Source: Styela clava (Eukaryota). Taken from it: a stretch of DNA of 64,000 bases. Shown here one piece after another: positions 1 to 11,830 of this stretch. The first letter of the stretch is position 1. Each line of letters begins with the position of its first letter. A model generated the notes under the pieces. The model made no database searches, was not told the DNA's origin, and saw only the letters and a list, made by a program, of their open reading frames with translations. Location: assembly GCF_964204865.1 (NCBI RefSeq), contig NC_135261.1, positions 8,618,001 through 8,682,000 of the forward strand, in the 5' to 3' direction. The translations under genes and the position numbers were made by a program.

Positions 1-43
1 TAACAAAGAGGTCAATAATATGAAGAAAAATTAGTCAGATAGA

Positions 44-398
44 ACAGGGTTTCCAAACTTTTTGGGCCGCAGACCCCTATTTGTGAATCTTAGTTTTAAC
101 GGACCTCCATCCAATGTCGTATCAGTTTCTTTGTCTAATCAACGAGGAAGAATAATGTTTCATTATTTTGCCATCATATATGTAAGAGCTGAAAATGCTG
201 CCTCAAACATGTAGGTCGTTGCAAAAGACAATCAAATTGTAATTGCCTTTTTTGACAGCAATGGATATTCGTTCACAACGCTCAACCAAAAAGATGCAAT
301 GGCTTTTTGATTGAAATCAATCATTGAAGATCGAATAGATGTTGCGGACCCCCTGTGCAATCATCACAGACCGCCAGGGTTCCGTGGACCCAGTTTGA
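44..398. mobile_element. hAT-type MITE in RRP1 intron (same family as 1953-2235, opposite orientation)
   Basis: Starts CAGGGTTTCCAAACTT, has GGACCC subterminal repeats, and is reverse-complement similar to 1953-2235; right end degraded. Confidence 0.65.
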
Positions 399-572
399 TT
401 CATTAAAAATTTGTCTAGCTCAGAAAAGAGCACCACATCCGATATTTCTCAGAGTGAGATATTACGCAGAGGCAGTTCACAATATGATCAAGCTTTTCTA
501 TGCATTTCCCTCCCATATGATAAATATGTTACACCGAATCCTATTATGTAACATAAAATCAACATCACAAAC

Positions 573-2823
573 CTGGAAGACGTTGGTTGCAACTGCATTG
601 ACAATGTCATAATTCTTTGCACTTGCCACAATGATACAGTATGGATCTAAAAACCTCAACACCTAAATTTGAAAAAGCAATGTAGGTTTATTCCATTTGT
701 TGCATCAACAGTTACTCCCACAGCGAGGGTACCAGGTTAGGGTTAGGTCATACTTTTATTCAGATTTTCCCTATTTCAGTTCTATTACGAGTTCATGAAC
801 TGTCTGTGTTAGCCAAGTGAATATACCCCCTGCCCATAGGGTTAAGTCCCTTTACACAACTTGATGTAAAATAGAGGAGCAAAATTAGTTACCTCCATAT
901 TGGTACACACACTTCTGGAGCGCCCATCAACATGCCAAATTTGGCAAGCATTTATCATAGGACGTTGTATTTTGTGGTATACTCAATCCTTGCATTATGT
1001 ATTGATCCATGTCGGGTATGGGATTAGTTAGCCAGGTATTTGTTTCAGATGCATGGACTTGATGGTGGAGGAGGCCGTAGACACTAAGTTGTTATGGGAA
1101 TCACCCTATGGTGGTGGCGAGGAGCTCAGTAATCCTCTCGCACATAATTATCCCCCACAAGATTGTACCTGTGAACCCACGCAGAATAATCAGCGATGCG
1201 ACGGCAAACATACTTCCTGACTGAACAAATAAAATACTAAATCTTACCATTTGAGAATCTAGTTCGTCTTTGCATATTTTTGATAATTCTTCCAGATATA
1301 TGTCACTGAAGTGGTACTGCATACCAGATACAGGTTTTGTTGGACAAATCGGTCCATTTTTCAGGATAGCTAGAAGCCAATCTACGTTTCCAGCATCCCA
1401 ACTTCGAGTTTTTAAAAACTCAAAAGCTTTTCGCAAGACGCATCGAACTAACAGATAGAATTTATCCATCCGAAGTCTATCTATTCCCTTCCATTCACGT
1501 TGCATGGTTTCAAGAAATGTATCAAAAAATAACATCGCTGTTTTTATATTGGAAAGCCTGAAACCAGAATGAAATATGTTACAAAATTTAAAACAAACTC
1601 ATTTACCGTAAGACAGGATGTAGGTAACACATGTCATGAAATTTTATAAAAATTACAAAATAAAATTTCTGTAAAATGGTGTAAGAATAATTAAAATAAA
1701 TCATTAAGAAAACTTAGGGAGTATCACAGACTAACAGTATTTGAATATGGACATACCCTGGCAAAAGATCTGATATTTTATTTGCAAGATCTTCTTGTAC
1801 AAGAGGTTTATCAGACATCCACATGCAGTAAAATAATCCTTTCCAGATACTCAGCATCTCAATTCTATGAAATAAAATCGCATATCCATAGTTTAATATA
1901 ATATTTTTTTACACCACTCAACATAAAGTGAGTAGGCTATGACTCTTCAGATCAGGGTTCCCAAACTGGGGTCCGCGGATCCCTGAGGGTTCGTAATGAC
2001 TGCACACAGGGTCCACAAGGATATGAAGAGTCTGATCAATCTTTCAGCATTTTCAGCTCTTACCAATATGATGACAAAATACATGCAGAGTACTGTACAC
2101 TGTGTTATCTTTCCTCGTTGGTTAGTCAGAGAAATTGATAAGGCTCAGGATGGGGGTCCGTGAAGTGGCGTGAACCTAGGATTCACAAACAGGGGTCCTC
2201 GCCACTCCGCGGCCCAAAAAGTTTGGGAAATTCTGTTTTAGACGATCACTCCCTATTCACTCAATACAAGGCTCTGGACAATTAGGAATTTTAAATTTGC
2301 CAAAACGACCTCAAACCTCCCAGTTAAATATAGCCACGGTGATGGAGAGCCTTTTAGAACAATCAGGAGTGGAGTCGAAATATTCAAACTTTCAATGCCA
2401 AAATAATAAGGCTATGGATAGGGATAGGATTTTATTTACAATCCTGATTTAACAATACATAGCATATTTGTGCAAAACTTGCAACATCACAGAATATTTA
2501 ACTGTAGGTAATATTGAGACACATAGATTGTAATCTATCATTATTAGGAATAGTGAGCCCCGAAAAAAAAATCAAACTTTTTTATCTACAGTAAATTATA
2601 CCAAGTTGTTCATCACCGAATTAATTTTTATTATTCTCTGCCTGAGATAAAAACAATGTAACGACAAAAAACATACACACCTCGTGAATCCACCATCTGT
2701 TTTTGCCGATCTGAGATTGAGAAACTGTCTTAATTTCTTCAGAGCTTTATCCCTACATCTTTTATCGTTTCCAGCTAACCGTCTGGCAAATTCAGCCTCG
2801 ATTGAAGCAGGAGCCACAGCCAT
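573..2823 (-). CDS. RRP1: Ribosomal RNA processing protein 1 homologue (Nop52 domain), 5' exons 2823-2681, 1864-1757, 1557-1248, 662-573; continues beyond the window start
   Basis: Phase-consistent GT-AG exons translate to MAVAPASIEAEFARRLAGNDKRCRDKALKKLR...IWKGLFYCMWMSDKPLVQE...FLETMQREWKGIDRLRMDKFYLLVR, the hallmark Nop52/RRP1 motifs. Confidence 0.93.
716..925. mobile_element. Partial palindromic MITE with GGTTAGGG core (family also at 28164, 52307, 59596)
   Basis: Shares GTACCAGGTTAGGGTTAGG...TTCTATTACGAGTTC and the ACTTCTGGAGCGCC terminus with the other copies. Confidence 0.6.
1005..1222 (-). mobile_element. Degenerate tRNA-derived SINE fragment in RRP1 intron
   Basis: GCATGGACTTGATGGTGGAGG...AATCCTCTCGCACA matches the copies at 6875-7169 and 50385-50716. 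Confidence 0.7.
1953..2235. mobile_element. hAT (Charlie-like) MITE in RRP1 intron 1
   Basis: TIRs CAGGGTTCCCAAACT / AGTTTGGGAAATTCTG; GGGTCCG subterminal repeats; degenerate 8-bp flanks CTTCAGAT/TTTTAGAC. Confidence 0.75.
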
Positions 2824-3567
2824 TTTGGGCTTTTCAAACAGGTAAATTTAAAATTATGACTAAAAGTCAAATATGAAAAAAACATAAATATATTTTAGAA
2901 TATTATGGACATTAATAAATATTTGACTAATTCGTAATAAAGAACTTGGAACATGTGAACAATAGCAAAAAATTGGCATTTAAAAATATCAAAAAAAGAT
3001 GCTAAATTTCATGCTCAATTATCAAGAGTTCACAATCAGTTGTTTATAAAAAACACGCTTTTCGACTATAAAAGCCATGTTTAGCAATCGGAAAGAGACA
3101 CTGAGAAACAATATTTTTTTAATAGGATGGTCAATGTCAATACATTTATCACATTTAGTTTAAATACTGCAATAAAATGCCTGCAATACTGCCCAGTGAC
3201 ATCTCTCGATAGAACTGCCATCATTTTCACACCATGAAACAATATAAAGAGCATTCTTATACCAAATATAGATTTATAGCCAATTAATAAAAGGTATAAT
3301 CCAAATATGTAGCCTACCAAATGTAGCCTGCCAAATGTAGCCTGTCAAATATGTAGATAATTTAACAAACTCAAGTTGCAATCAGCAACTCACTAGGTAA
3401 TGTAATAACCTGTAGGTAATAGGTTCTGCCACTGATTCATTTGCAGCCAAGTCAAGTTCACTAAAAAAAAATATTTGATTGTACCTGTATAATAATATAA
3501 GTTAACAACAACATTTTTAAAACTAATTATCGTTTCCGGTAGCCTATCAATCATAATCAGATCATAG

Positions 3568-4887
3568 TTACTTTGAAACAGCTGATTTGACTTTCTTGTC
3601 ATTAAAAAACAATTGTCCTTCATCAAGCAAAATTTTACTTGTAATATTTAATTCTTCCAATTGAGTTTTACTGTTTAATTTTTCCATCAAATTAAGCAAA
3701 GTTGTTTCACCATTAAGAAACTTTGCAATTCCATGGGTAGTGAAGCCAATTCTATGATCAGTCACACGATCTTGATGATAATTATAAGTCCTAATTTTAT
3801 CGGAACGCTCCCGATTTTTGACCTGCTGTTGACGAGCTTTAGTGAGAGCACTTTGTTGCATACTATGTTTTTCTGATGCTAATATAGCTTCTAGCATTTG
3901 CATAGCACGATCCTTATTATCATGTTGAGATCTTGTAGCATTACATTCAACAATCTTTCCAGTTTTAATATGTTTTAATCGAATTGCGGATTCAGTTTTA
4001 TTTGCGTGTTGACCACCTGAAGAATTAGAGCGTTTAAAACGTTGAACCTCCACATCTTTTTCATCAAGTGTTTCAGTTCGATTGCTAAAAACTGGAAGTA
4101 AAGCGACGGATGCTGTACTGGTGTGTATTCGTCCAGCTTTTTCTGTCTCTGGCACACGTTGTACCCTATGGGTACCAATCTCATTCTTAAACAATTGATA
4201 CATATTTCTATCTATAAAATTTATATTTGCTGAAGACTTCTTCAATCCTCCAATATCAGTATACTCGACATTTAAAATTTCAAAATCATGTCCAAATCTT
4301 ATACAAAAAGATTGATACATTTCGAGTAATTCTGATGCAAAAAGCATGGCTTCTTGACCCCCAACGCCCGCTGACACTTCGAGAACTGCGTTGGAAACTT
4401 GATTATCACCGTGCATTATTTCAAAAAGCTTCGACACAATTATTTCATTACATGACTCTATTTCTTTCAAAAGTTCTTCTTTTTCATCTTCTGCAATTTT
4501 AATTAAATCATCTTTTTCATCAGATTTAGCTTCAGTTAATGCTTCAGATACAAAAGATTCAACTTCTTTTAAATTATCATGAACACCGTACAGATTATCA
4601 ATATCATTGTTCAAATTTTCCAATTTATGAATCGCAACCTTAGGATTGCTCCCAAAAAACTCTAATAATGAAGGTGGCCATTTTGTCTTTGAGCTAGATT
4701 CTATATTTAAACGTCCATAAGCAAACTTGAAATAATCAAAAAGATCTTTATGGTGAATCTTCTCTCCTTTCATAATCGAAGACGTAGACAATTGAACAGC
4801 ATGTCTGATAATGCCACAACATGTAACTGATTTGTGTAATAATTGAGATTTATTGCAACAAGTCCGAGTGAGGAATGTTAGAAACAT
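3568..4887 (-). CDS. MTRF1L: Mitochondrial peptide chain release factor 1-like, single coding exon, 439 aa
   Basis: PCRF/RF-1 motifs LEVSAGVGGQEA, GTHRVQRVPETEKAGRIHTST (PxT), GGQHANKT and RSDKIRTYNY; N-terminal presequence-like extension. Confidence 0.93.
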   Translation of the reverse strand: MFLTFLTRTCCNKSQLLHKSVTCCGIIRHAVQLSTSSIMKGEKIHHKDLFDYFKFAYGRLNIESSSKTKWPPSLLEFFGSNPKVAIHKLENLNNDIDNLYGVHDNLKEVESFVSEALTEAKSDEKDDLIKIAEDEKEELLKEIESCNEIIVSKLFEIMHGDNQVSNAVLEVSAGVGGQEAMLFASELLEMYQSFCIRFGHDFEILNVEYTDIGGLKKSSANINFIDRNMYQLFKNEIGTHRVQRVPETEKAGRIHTSTASVALLPVFSNRTETLDEKDVEVQRFKRSNSSGGQHANKTESAIRLKHIKTGKIVECNATRSQHDNKDRAMQMLEAILASEKHSMQQSALTKARQQQVKNRERSDKIRTYNYHQDRVTDHRIGFTTHGIAKFLNGETTLLNLMEKLNSKTQLEELNITSKILLDEGQLFFNDKKVKSAVSK

Positions 4888-5461
4888 AATACAGGTTAAT
4901 CCTGTAATTATAGTCTAAATAACAAACCTAGAACTGATGAACAACAGAATAGCAAATTCACAGATTCCAAAAATATCCCCAATATCTGAATATTTAGATA
5001 TATGAAAATAAATAAGATGAAATTTGGTAGGAGACATTTCTTTAGTTCTTTACTGCTGTACTGCCTAACTGATACAGTGATATGGGACATGCATGCAATA
5101 AATTAAATATAGATGTTACTTTGACAGATTCATATTCAGATATTCTATTTCCATCGTGCATGAAGTATTGTACCGACACAAGTAATAAAAAAAATGGTAA
5201 CAATAATATCAATTGAAATAAAGAGACATACAATATTACTGCAAGTGATAAATTGATCAAAATCTTAAAACTGTAACAAGCAATGATTTAGAGAAGAACA
5301 TTTTGTTTGAGTAATAGGCGACTGAGTGGGGTGCCTTTTTGCATTGATAGCATTATGGAATTTGAAAAGAAAAAATTATGATGAATTATTTGACTGATAA
5401 TTGTTGATTCTATAGTGAATTTAAACTATAAGTTATTTAGAACACTATATCATTGATATTC

Positions 5462-5882
5462 AGGGTCTCATGTAGTTCCTACCTAACATACTTCTAGTGG
5501 GCGTAGCATGACAATTTTTTCACGTATCAATCCTAACCCCCACCTGACTACACCATCCAAAAATTACATCATTACCACGTCACAGTGAAGTCTGAAAGTA
5601 ATAGAGCCCTTCAAACTATATGAACTCGTCGCAACGATTCCAATAAGAGAGAGATCGATAACGTCGGTCAGTTCTTCTGTTCTTTAGCGTCGGCGCCAAT
5701 GCCATTTCGGGCGATTGTACGTATATTTGGCAAGCTCAGTCTATGACGGGATTGTGATCTCGTAGTGACGTAATTTTTGGATGGCGTAGTCAGATGGGGG
5801 TTAGGATTGACATATCAAAAAATTGTTATGCTACTCCCACTAGAAGTACGTTACGAAAAAGGTACGAAAATACACGAGACCC
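5462..5882. mobile_element. Foldback MITE with long imperfect inverted repeats
   Basis: GGGTCTCATGTA...TACTTCTAGTGGGCGTAGCAT...CAATCCTAACCCCCA...CCATCCAAAAATTAC is mirrored at about 5755-5882, ending TACACGAGACCC. Confidence 0.8.
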
Positions 5883-6874
5883 AATATTCAGATATTTAAG
5901 TATTATCAAGGCATTTCAGTAAGTGTGGCCCTCGGCTAGCTTACGGGAGAGTGACAAGTGTCCATCCTCATTTTTTGTCCAACTTACGCCAATTGTCACT
6001 TCTACACTTCAACATTCAGTTCGACTGTCAGACTGTTCGATAACAATTCACTCATTCAGATTCTATAAGTTCAGAACTTTATCATAACTCACAATTCAGC
6101 AATTCTGTAATTGAATATTTCATGTTGCAGTGTTTCGTCCGCTTGAAACATGTAATAGCCTACCTACTCCACTCAATTACGCGAGTTACCGTATGTTATA
6201 TCCCTATTCTACATGCGTCAGTCAGCAGACATATACATACATAAGCATATGAGGTCCCAACTTTTTTTTTTTGCCAAATTCAAATCCATTGCCAAATCGG
6301 ATTTATACAAATGATAGTTTTGGTATATCCAAATAATCAAATATATATTTCAATATTATTGCATGAGGTCCAAATTTTATTTTATTTTTGTGATGTTATT
6401 TAGGTGATTTCATACAATGAATAAGTATACAATGAAAAGATTACGCAACTAACTGCAGCTAATAGCCATGCTGCAACAATGGTTATTTCCCGACCCTTGA
6501 CCTCACCTCGCCAATGCAAAATATTACAATAATATTATTTTTTTTTTGAAGGTGTTTCAACGATCTGGTCATTATATAATAACTGAGGTTAAAAAAAATA
6601 TTCTTATCTATATTTACACTTTCCGTAACTTTTATCTTCATTATGACGAGTATTGGGATAAGTTAACATTTGCATATTTGTCCCGGGGGGAAGGAAACCG
6701 ATAAGACGGTCTTAATATAAGTTTATCCGACGCCATAATCAGCATAACAGCAACAATGGTATATATTTACGGAAAAACAAATAAATGAATATTGATCATG
6801 AAATCAGAAGAGCAAACCAAACCTCAGATTAGGTTTAAAACATACAGATATAGGATGGAAAGTTTTGCCAAGGA

Positions 6875-7169
6875 GGATAGGATAGGATTTACATATTTAT
6901 CCCGGGGGATAGGAAAGTCGATAAGACGGCTTAATCATATGACGAACCACGGCCTCTCGTTCTGTTTTCGGAAGCATGGACTTGATGGTGGAGGAAGCCG
7001 TAACCGACCAGCGGTTACGTGAACCACCCTACGGCGGCGAGGAATCCAGCAATCCTCTCGCACATGATCATTCCCGCATGGGATTCGAACCTGCGATCCC
7101 ACGAAGAGTAATCAGAAATGCGGTGGCGAGCGTATTCCTAACGCTTAGCACAATGCGCCACACCGCCGA
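6875..7169 (-). mobile_element. tRNA-derived SINE
   Basis: Minus strand: A-box-like TGGCGCATTGTG, B box GGTTCGAATCC, (ATCCT)n tail; GCCAAG on both flanks as a likely TSD; further copies in the window. Confidence 0.85.
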
Positions 7170-7794
7170 GCCAAGAAAAGGTACGTGTTCACTAACCTGA
7201 AATTAATAAATGAATTCACACACACTCACATGTACCACTCGCAACCACAGAGATATTATAAAGTAAAAAAAACGCTATAAACTTAAAAGATAGAAAACAA
7301 AAAAAAAAATAAATAAAATCATAATTATGTCTGAAATTCCGCCTCCGATTAATTTAGAATTTCGACTCCGAGTCCCGCTACTAGCTTCACAATGGTAGCA
7401 AAGTGACTATAAATTCCGACTTTTTGACATTGATGAACGGCAACTAAACCTTCTCGATAAATGCAGAAATGCGAGGTTGGTATAATGGATTTTATTGGTG
7501 ATTTCCGTGTACAAATGATATTTAATGAAATTCTGCTGTTTATGAGAGATCATATACGGCAATTATCGTAAAGTAGGCCTAGTTCTGTAGTTGGAAAGAT
7601 AGGTACGGTAATCATATGACATTACCGATATGATTATTCAGCCGTCCTAGTTTGTACCGCACTGCTGATTTACAAGCTAACGGTTGTGTATTATTACTGT
7701 ATTGCTGTAATGGTCTATATCAGTGGCCAGTGGTTCTCAAACTTTTTTAGTCCCAGAGCCGCATTTCAAACCTCAAAGTTATTATATTTGATGG

Positions 7795-8575
7795 TGTAGC
7801 GTACCGGCAATGTATGAAATAATTATCCAAGTTCAGAATATCTTCTAATATGATCTGACGTCAAGTTTTCTCTCAATAGTCCAAGTCTTTATGCTATTTT
7901 ATGTCATTTATTAACAACTCGAACAGTAAACGATCCAAAACAACCAAACACTCCCCAAAGGAACGAAAAGCATAAAATAAAAATAACAGATACCAGGCAG
8001 TAAAATGCAAGAAAGACCACATACACAACAAAAACACTGACCAACCCTGAAATCCAAGACAACTCTGAATAAAAAACCAAATGACCCCTAGAATCTGGTA
8101 CAATGAACTAGCTACTGCAATTTGTAAAACAGGCCGAAAGTAACTTATGACAGGCATTTAAAAAGACTATGAACAATTCTATAGGTGCACAACATTTGAA
8201 CAATACTGATGAAAGCTAATTCCACGATAAAACTGAAAATACAACACTACGGTAAATGAACTGTAATGGCACTGTACTGGTAAAATCAATAACATGGTCC
8301 CTACGTCAGCCCACTGTCCAGCACAAAACATCCGACAGTCACACAACACAGACAAACATCCCTGAAGACCAGACGCATTCACACAGACATTCAAAACCCA
8401 CCAATCTAACCGAAACACTCAGACGACTCCACTCTGTCACACACAGCATACACCAACAGACCACGCTGCCCCCGAGAACCGATCGACCGTGTCGCAGCGT
8501 CTAAACTGCTAGAATACCAAATATGGAAACGATATCACATGACGTCATTTAACAGGCAAAACAAGGGTCGTCACA
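7795..8575 (-). repeat. 3' LTR (781 bp)
   Basis: Direct repeat of 9585-10358; I can see one substitution and one 7-bp indel (ATATGGA). Confidence 0.95.
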
Positions 8576-8957
8576 TTACCCCCCTCTTCTAGATGGAACA
8601 TTATGAAAGAATGTTTTCATCTCTAAAAAAAATATTTGAAACACGAAAAGCAGTAGTCAAAACCAAATTATGTCCACAAATGTCTTTAAAATATGCAGGC
8701 CGTCTACCCTCACGCTTAAGCATCCGTAAAGTTTGTCATTCGGGATTGAGTCCACCAACGTCATCGAAACGACCAAATTGATGTTGCATATCTCCATTGG
8801 CTCAACAATGGCTACTATGTTAGATCTCCGGACGGCCAAGGCTGTTGTAGCTGAACTAGAACAACCATTCCCGAGCGGCCGGTATAACCACATCTTCACT
8901 ATAGTCCCATGACAGCAGGGAGAAGCTGTTTGGTGCTGTACCTTAACATCCTGTCCC

Positions 8958-9485
8958 TCAAGAACAAAACGATGCGACGAATTTGCCAAGATAGTCCATC
9001 CGTGACCCTAGATCGGCGACGGCAACGGTATGCTCCACAGGCCAGCTTTCAATCGTCAGGTTGACATCAAGTGCACCATGAGACACTAACGACTCGCCAC
9101 TGGCAGTACGCAATGGTACTGGAAAAGAATACAGTTCTGAAATGTCCGAATTTCCTGCAACGTCGAGTAAACAGCGGTGTCTATGAGCGAGACACCCGAA
9201 CCGAATTTTCCGCAACGTCAAGTAAACAGCGGTGTCTATGAGCGAGACACCCGCACGTGACCCTGGATCGGCGACCACAACTGTATGCTCCACAGACCAG
9301 CTTTCAATCGTCAGGTTGACATCAAGTACACCGTGAGACACAAATGACTCGCAACTGGCAGTACGGAGTGGCACTGGAACAGGATGCAGCCCCGAAATGT
9401 TCGAATCTTCCTGCAACGTCGAGTAAACAGCGGTGTCAATGAGCCAGACACCCGCACCGGTATCAATCAAAAACAAAACAGGCAC
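8958..9485 (-). pseudogene. Retropepsin (aspartic protease) remnant, internally duplicated
   Basis: VPVLFLIDTGAGVWLI catalytic DTG motif; the block VPLRTAS.ES.VSHG.LDVNLTIESW.VEHTV.VAD.GSR occurs twice. Confidence 0.8.
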
Positions 9486-9584
9486 GTTATTGACCAGAGC
9501 CTTGACATATCATCCATTAGTCCAAGTAATAGAAAAAAAAATCATAGTTCATAGAAAATATCCTGGCGTGCTCTCGCCAAAAAT

Positions 9585-10358
9585 TGTAGCGTACCGGCAA
9601 TGTATGAAATAATTATCCAAGTTCAGAATATCTTCTAATATGATCTGACGTCAAGTTTTCTCTCAATAGTCCAAGTCTTTATGCTATTTTATGTCATTTA
9701 TTGACAACTCGAACAGTAAACGATCCAAAACAACCAAACACTCCCCAAAGGAACGAAAAGCATAAAATAAAAATAACAGATACCAGGCAGTAAAATGCAA
9801 GAAAGACCACATACACAACAAAAACACTGACCAACCCTGAAATCCAAGACAACTCTGAATAAAAAACCAAATGACCCCTAGAATCTGGTACAATGAACTA
9901 GCTACTGCAATTTGTAAAACAGGCCGAAAGTAACTTATGACAGGCATTTAAAAAGACTATGAACAATTCTATAGGTGCACAACATTTGAACAATACTGAT
10001 GAAAGCTAATTCCACGATAAAACTGAAAATACAACACTACGGTAAATGAACTGTAATGGCACTGTACTGGTAAAATCAATAACATGGTCCCTACGTCAGC
10101 CCACTGTCCAGCACAAAACATCCGACAGTCACACAACACAGACAAACATCCCTGAAGACCAGACGCATTCACACAGACATTCAAAACCCACCAATCTAAC
10201 CGAAACACTCAGACGACTCCACTCTGTCACACACAGCATACACCAACAGACCACGCTGCCCCCGAGAACCGATCGACCGTGTCGCAGCGTCTAAACTGCT
10301 AGAATACCAAAACGATATCACATGACGTCATTTAACAGGCAAAACAAGGGTCGTCACA
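9585..10358 (-). repeat. 5' LTR (774 bp)
   Basis: Direct repeat of 7795-8575; adjacent to the PBS. Confidence 0.95.
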
Positions 10359-10791
10359 ATGGTCACAATGCAATGTGACAAATATTGTTTTTTTGTTTCA
10401 ATTTCATGTTGTTATTACTGTATTATTTATCTGTAGTGCATTACATTTTCAATTTCTGGTTGTATATCAGCGTAGTTTACTTTTATCAGTATTATCTTTT
10501 AGACCAGGGGTTCTCAAACTTTTGGTGTTGCGGAGCCCGTGAAGAGGTTGACTATTATTCACGGAGCCCCAAAATAAATTTTAAAATTGTTACTTTCCGA
10601 TTAATATTCCTGAGTAAGTTAAAAGTACTTTACTTAATTTAAATGCTAAACCTTTTTTAACGGGTTAATACAAGTCATAAATAAATCTAAATTTTAAAGA
10701 TAAATTACCGTATATATATATTGAGGCTGTAAATTTGACACTTGACAAACATATTAATAAATTAGGGGTCAAATCTTTTTCTTTTGATATT

Positions 10792-10980
10792 TGGTGACCG
10801 TACATTTGAACCCACGTACATTTGAACCCATGTGTATATCCACGGGTTTAATCTATATGCGGGTGCTAAAACCCATGGGTTAAGGTTAGTATGGGTTCAA
10901 CTATCCGAAAAACAAAAAAAATTTCATAGGTGCAATAGCATACAGGTGCAATTGTCATGGGTTCAAATGTAATGGAACCA
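10792..10980. mobile_element. Small palindromic MITE nested in the hAT element
   Basis: TGGTGACCGTACATTTGAACCC / GGGTTCAAATGTAATGGAACCA inverted termini; flanked by a roughly 70-bp direct duplication. Confidence 0.65.
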
Positions 10981-11472
10981 TATTTATTGAGGCTGTAAAT
11001 TTGACACTTGACAAACATATTAATAAATTAGGGGTCAAATCTTTTTCTTTTGATATTTTTAGAAGACCTAAAAAGTCGCTGCGCGATTGCATTTTGTTAC
11101 AATCGCCGACTGTTTTCGTCAGCGTGAAACGTCAAACCTAAACATCTTTACGTCTGTGTTTATTCTCCCTAAATCAAAAATTTCTTCCGGCATATACATG
11201 TATTTTTCCACAATGGCGACGATAATTGCTTTTTTTTTCTCGTGGGGAATTATGAATTCGATGTGAAAAACATGTTAATATAATATATATTATAGTCATC
11301 GGCGACGATATGCTAAAAATAATTAATAAAGAATCGGCGGTGAATTCGCAACTCAAATTTCTTGATTGAAAAGCGGCATTATGAAATATTAAAATTAAAA
11401 CGGAAGATAACACTATAAGTTTTGTTTCAGCAGACTCCCGACAGATTTAAAACGCTCTTTTGGACATTGTAA

Positions 11473-11830
11473 ATGTCCATACTTGGTGTTATGTCAGGTT
11501 TTCTTTGGGTATTCATCGTAGTAACTGAAATCGAAACACAGTCAATTGTGCGCGCGAGGCGCGATGTACCTTTTCTCCATTCTGAAACTACCAACGGAGC
11601 CGCATGCAATAACATAAATTTCAATCGTTCGTACGGTGATATCTTGCAAAGAATCGGATTGGCAGACCTGCGATAGGTTGGAGTCAGTGTTGCAAGAAGG
11701 GCTCGAATTCGCTAAACGCTATAATCTATCACACTGCCACGCAATCATCTGTCATGATCTGTCGTATTCAAGTCATGATTACGATGATGATTTGATCGGA
11801 ATGTGCAGAAATATCTTATCAAATCTCTGA
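11473..11830 (+). CDS. Putative secreted cysteine-containing prepropeptide (frameshifted or with a 46-nt intron) inside the hAT element
   Basis: Hydrophobic N-terminus MSILGVMSGFLWVFIVVT, RARR furin-type site; overlapping +1 ORF 11636-11830 with 5 further Cys; TATAAG about 60 nt upstream. Confidence 0.4.

Larger units (their letters stand above)
7795..10358 (-). mobile_element. Non-autonomous LTR retrotransposon (Ty3/Gypsy-derived), complete, with 4-bp TSD
   Basis: Near-identical LTRs 7795-8575 and 9585-10358 with TG..CA ends; ATGG TSD (7791-7794, 10359-10362); PBS TGGCGAGAGCACGCCAGGA beside the right LTR and polypurine tract AGAAGAGGGGGG beside the left LTR on the minus strand. Confidence 0.95.

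Noticed and set aside
7075-7169. tRNA genes at about 7075-7169, 36525-36604 and 50385-50482
   Set aside because: A/B boxes are present but I could not fold a cloverleaf with a standard anticodon arm; they continue into repeat bodies, so they are SINE heads
7894-10294. Duplicated small ORFs (87, 79, 82 aa) at 7894-8504 and 9684-10294
   Set aside because: They lie inside the two LTRs, so their identity reflects LTR duplication rather than coding constraint
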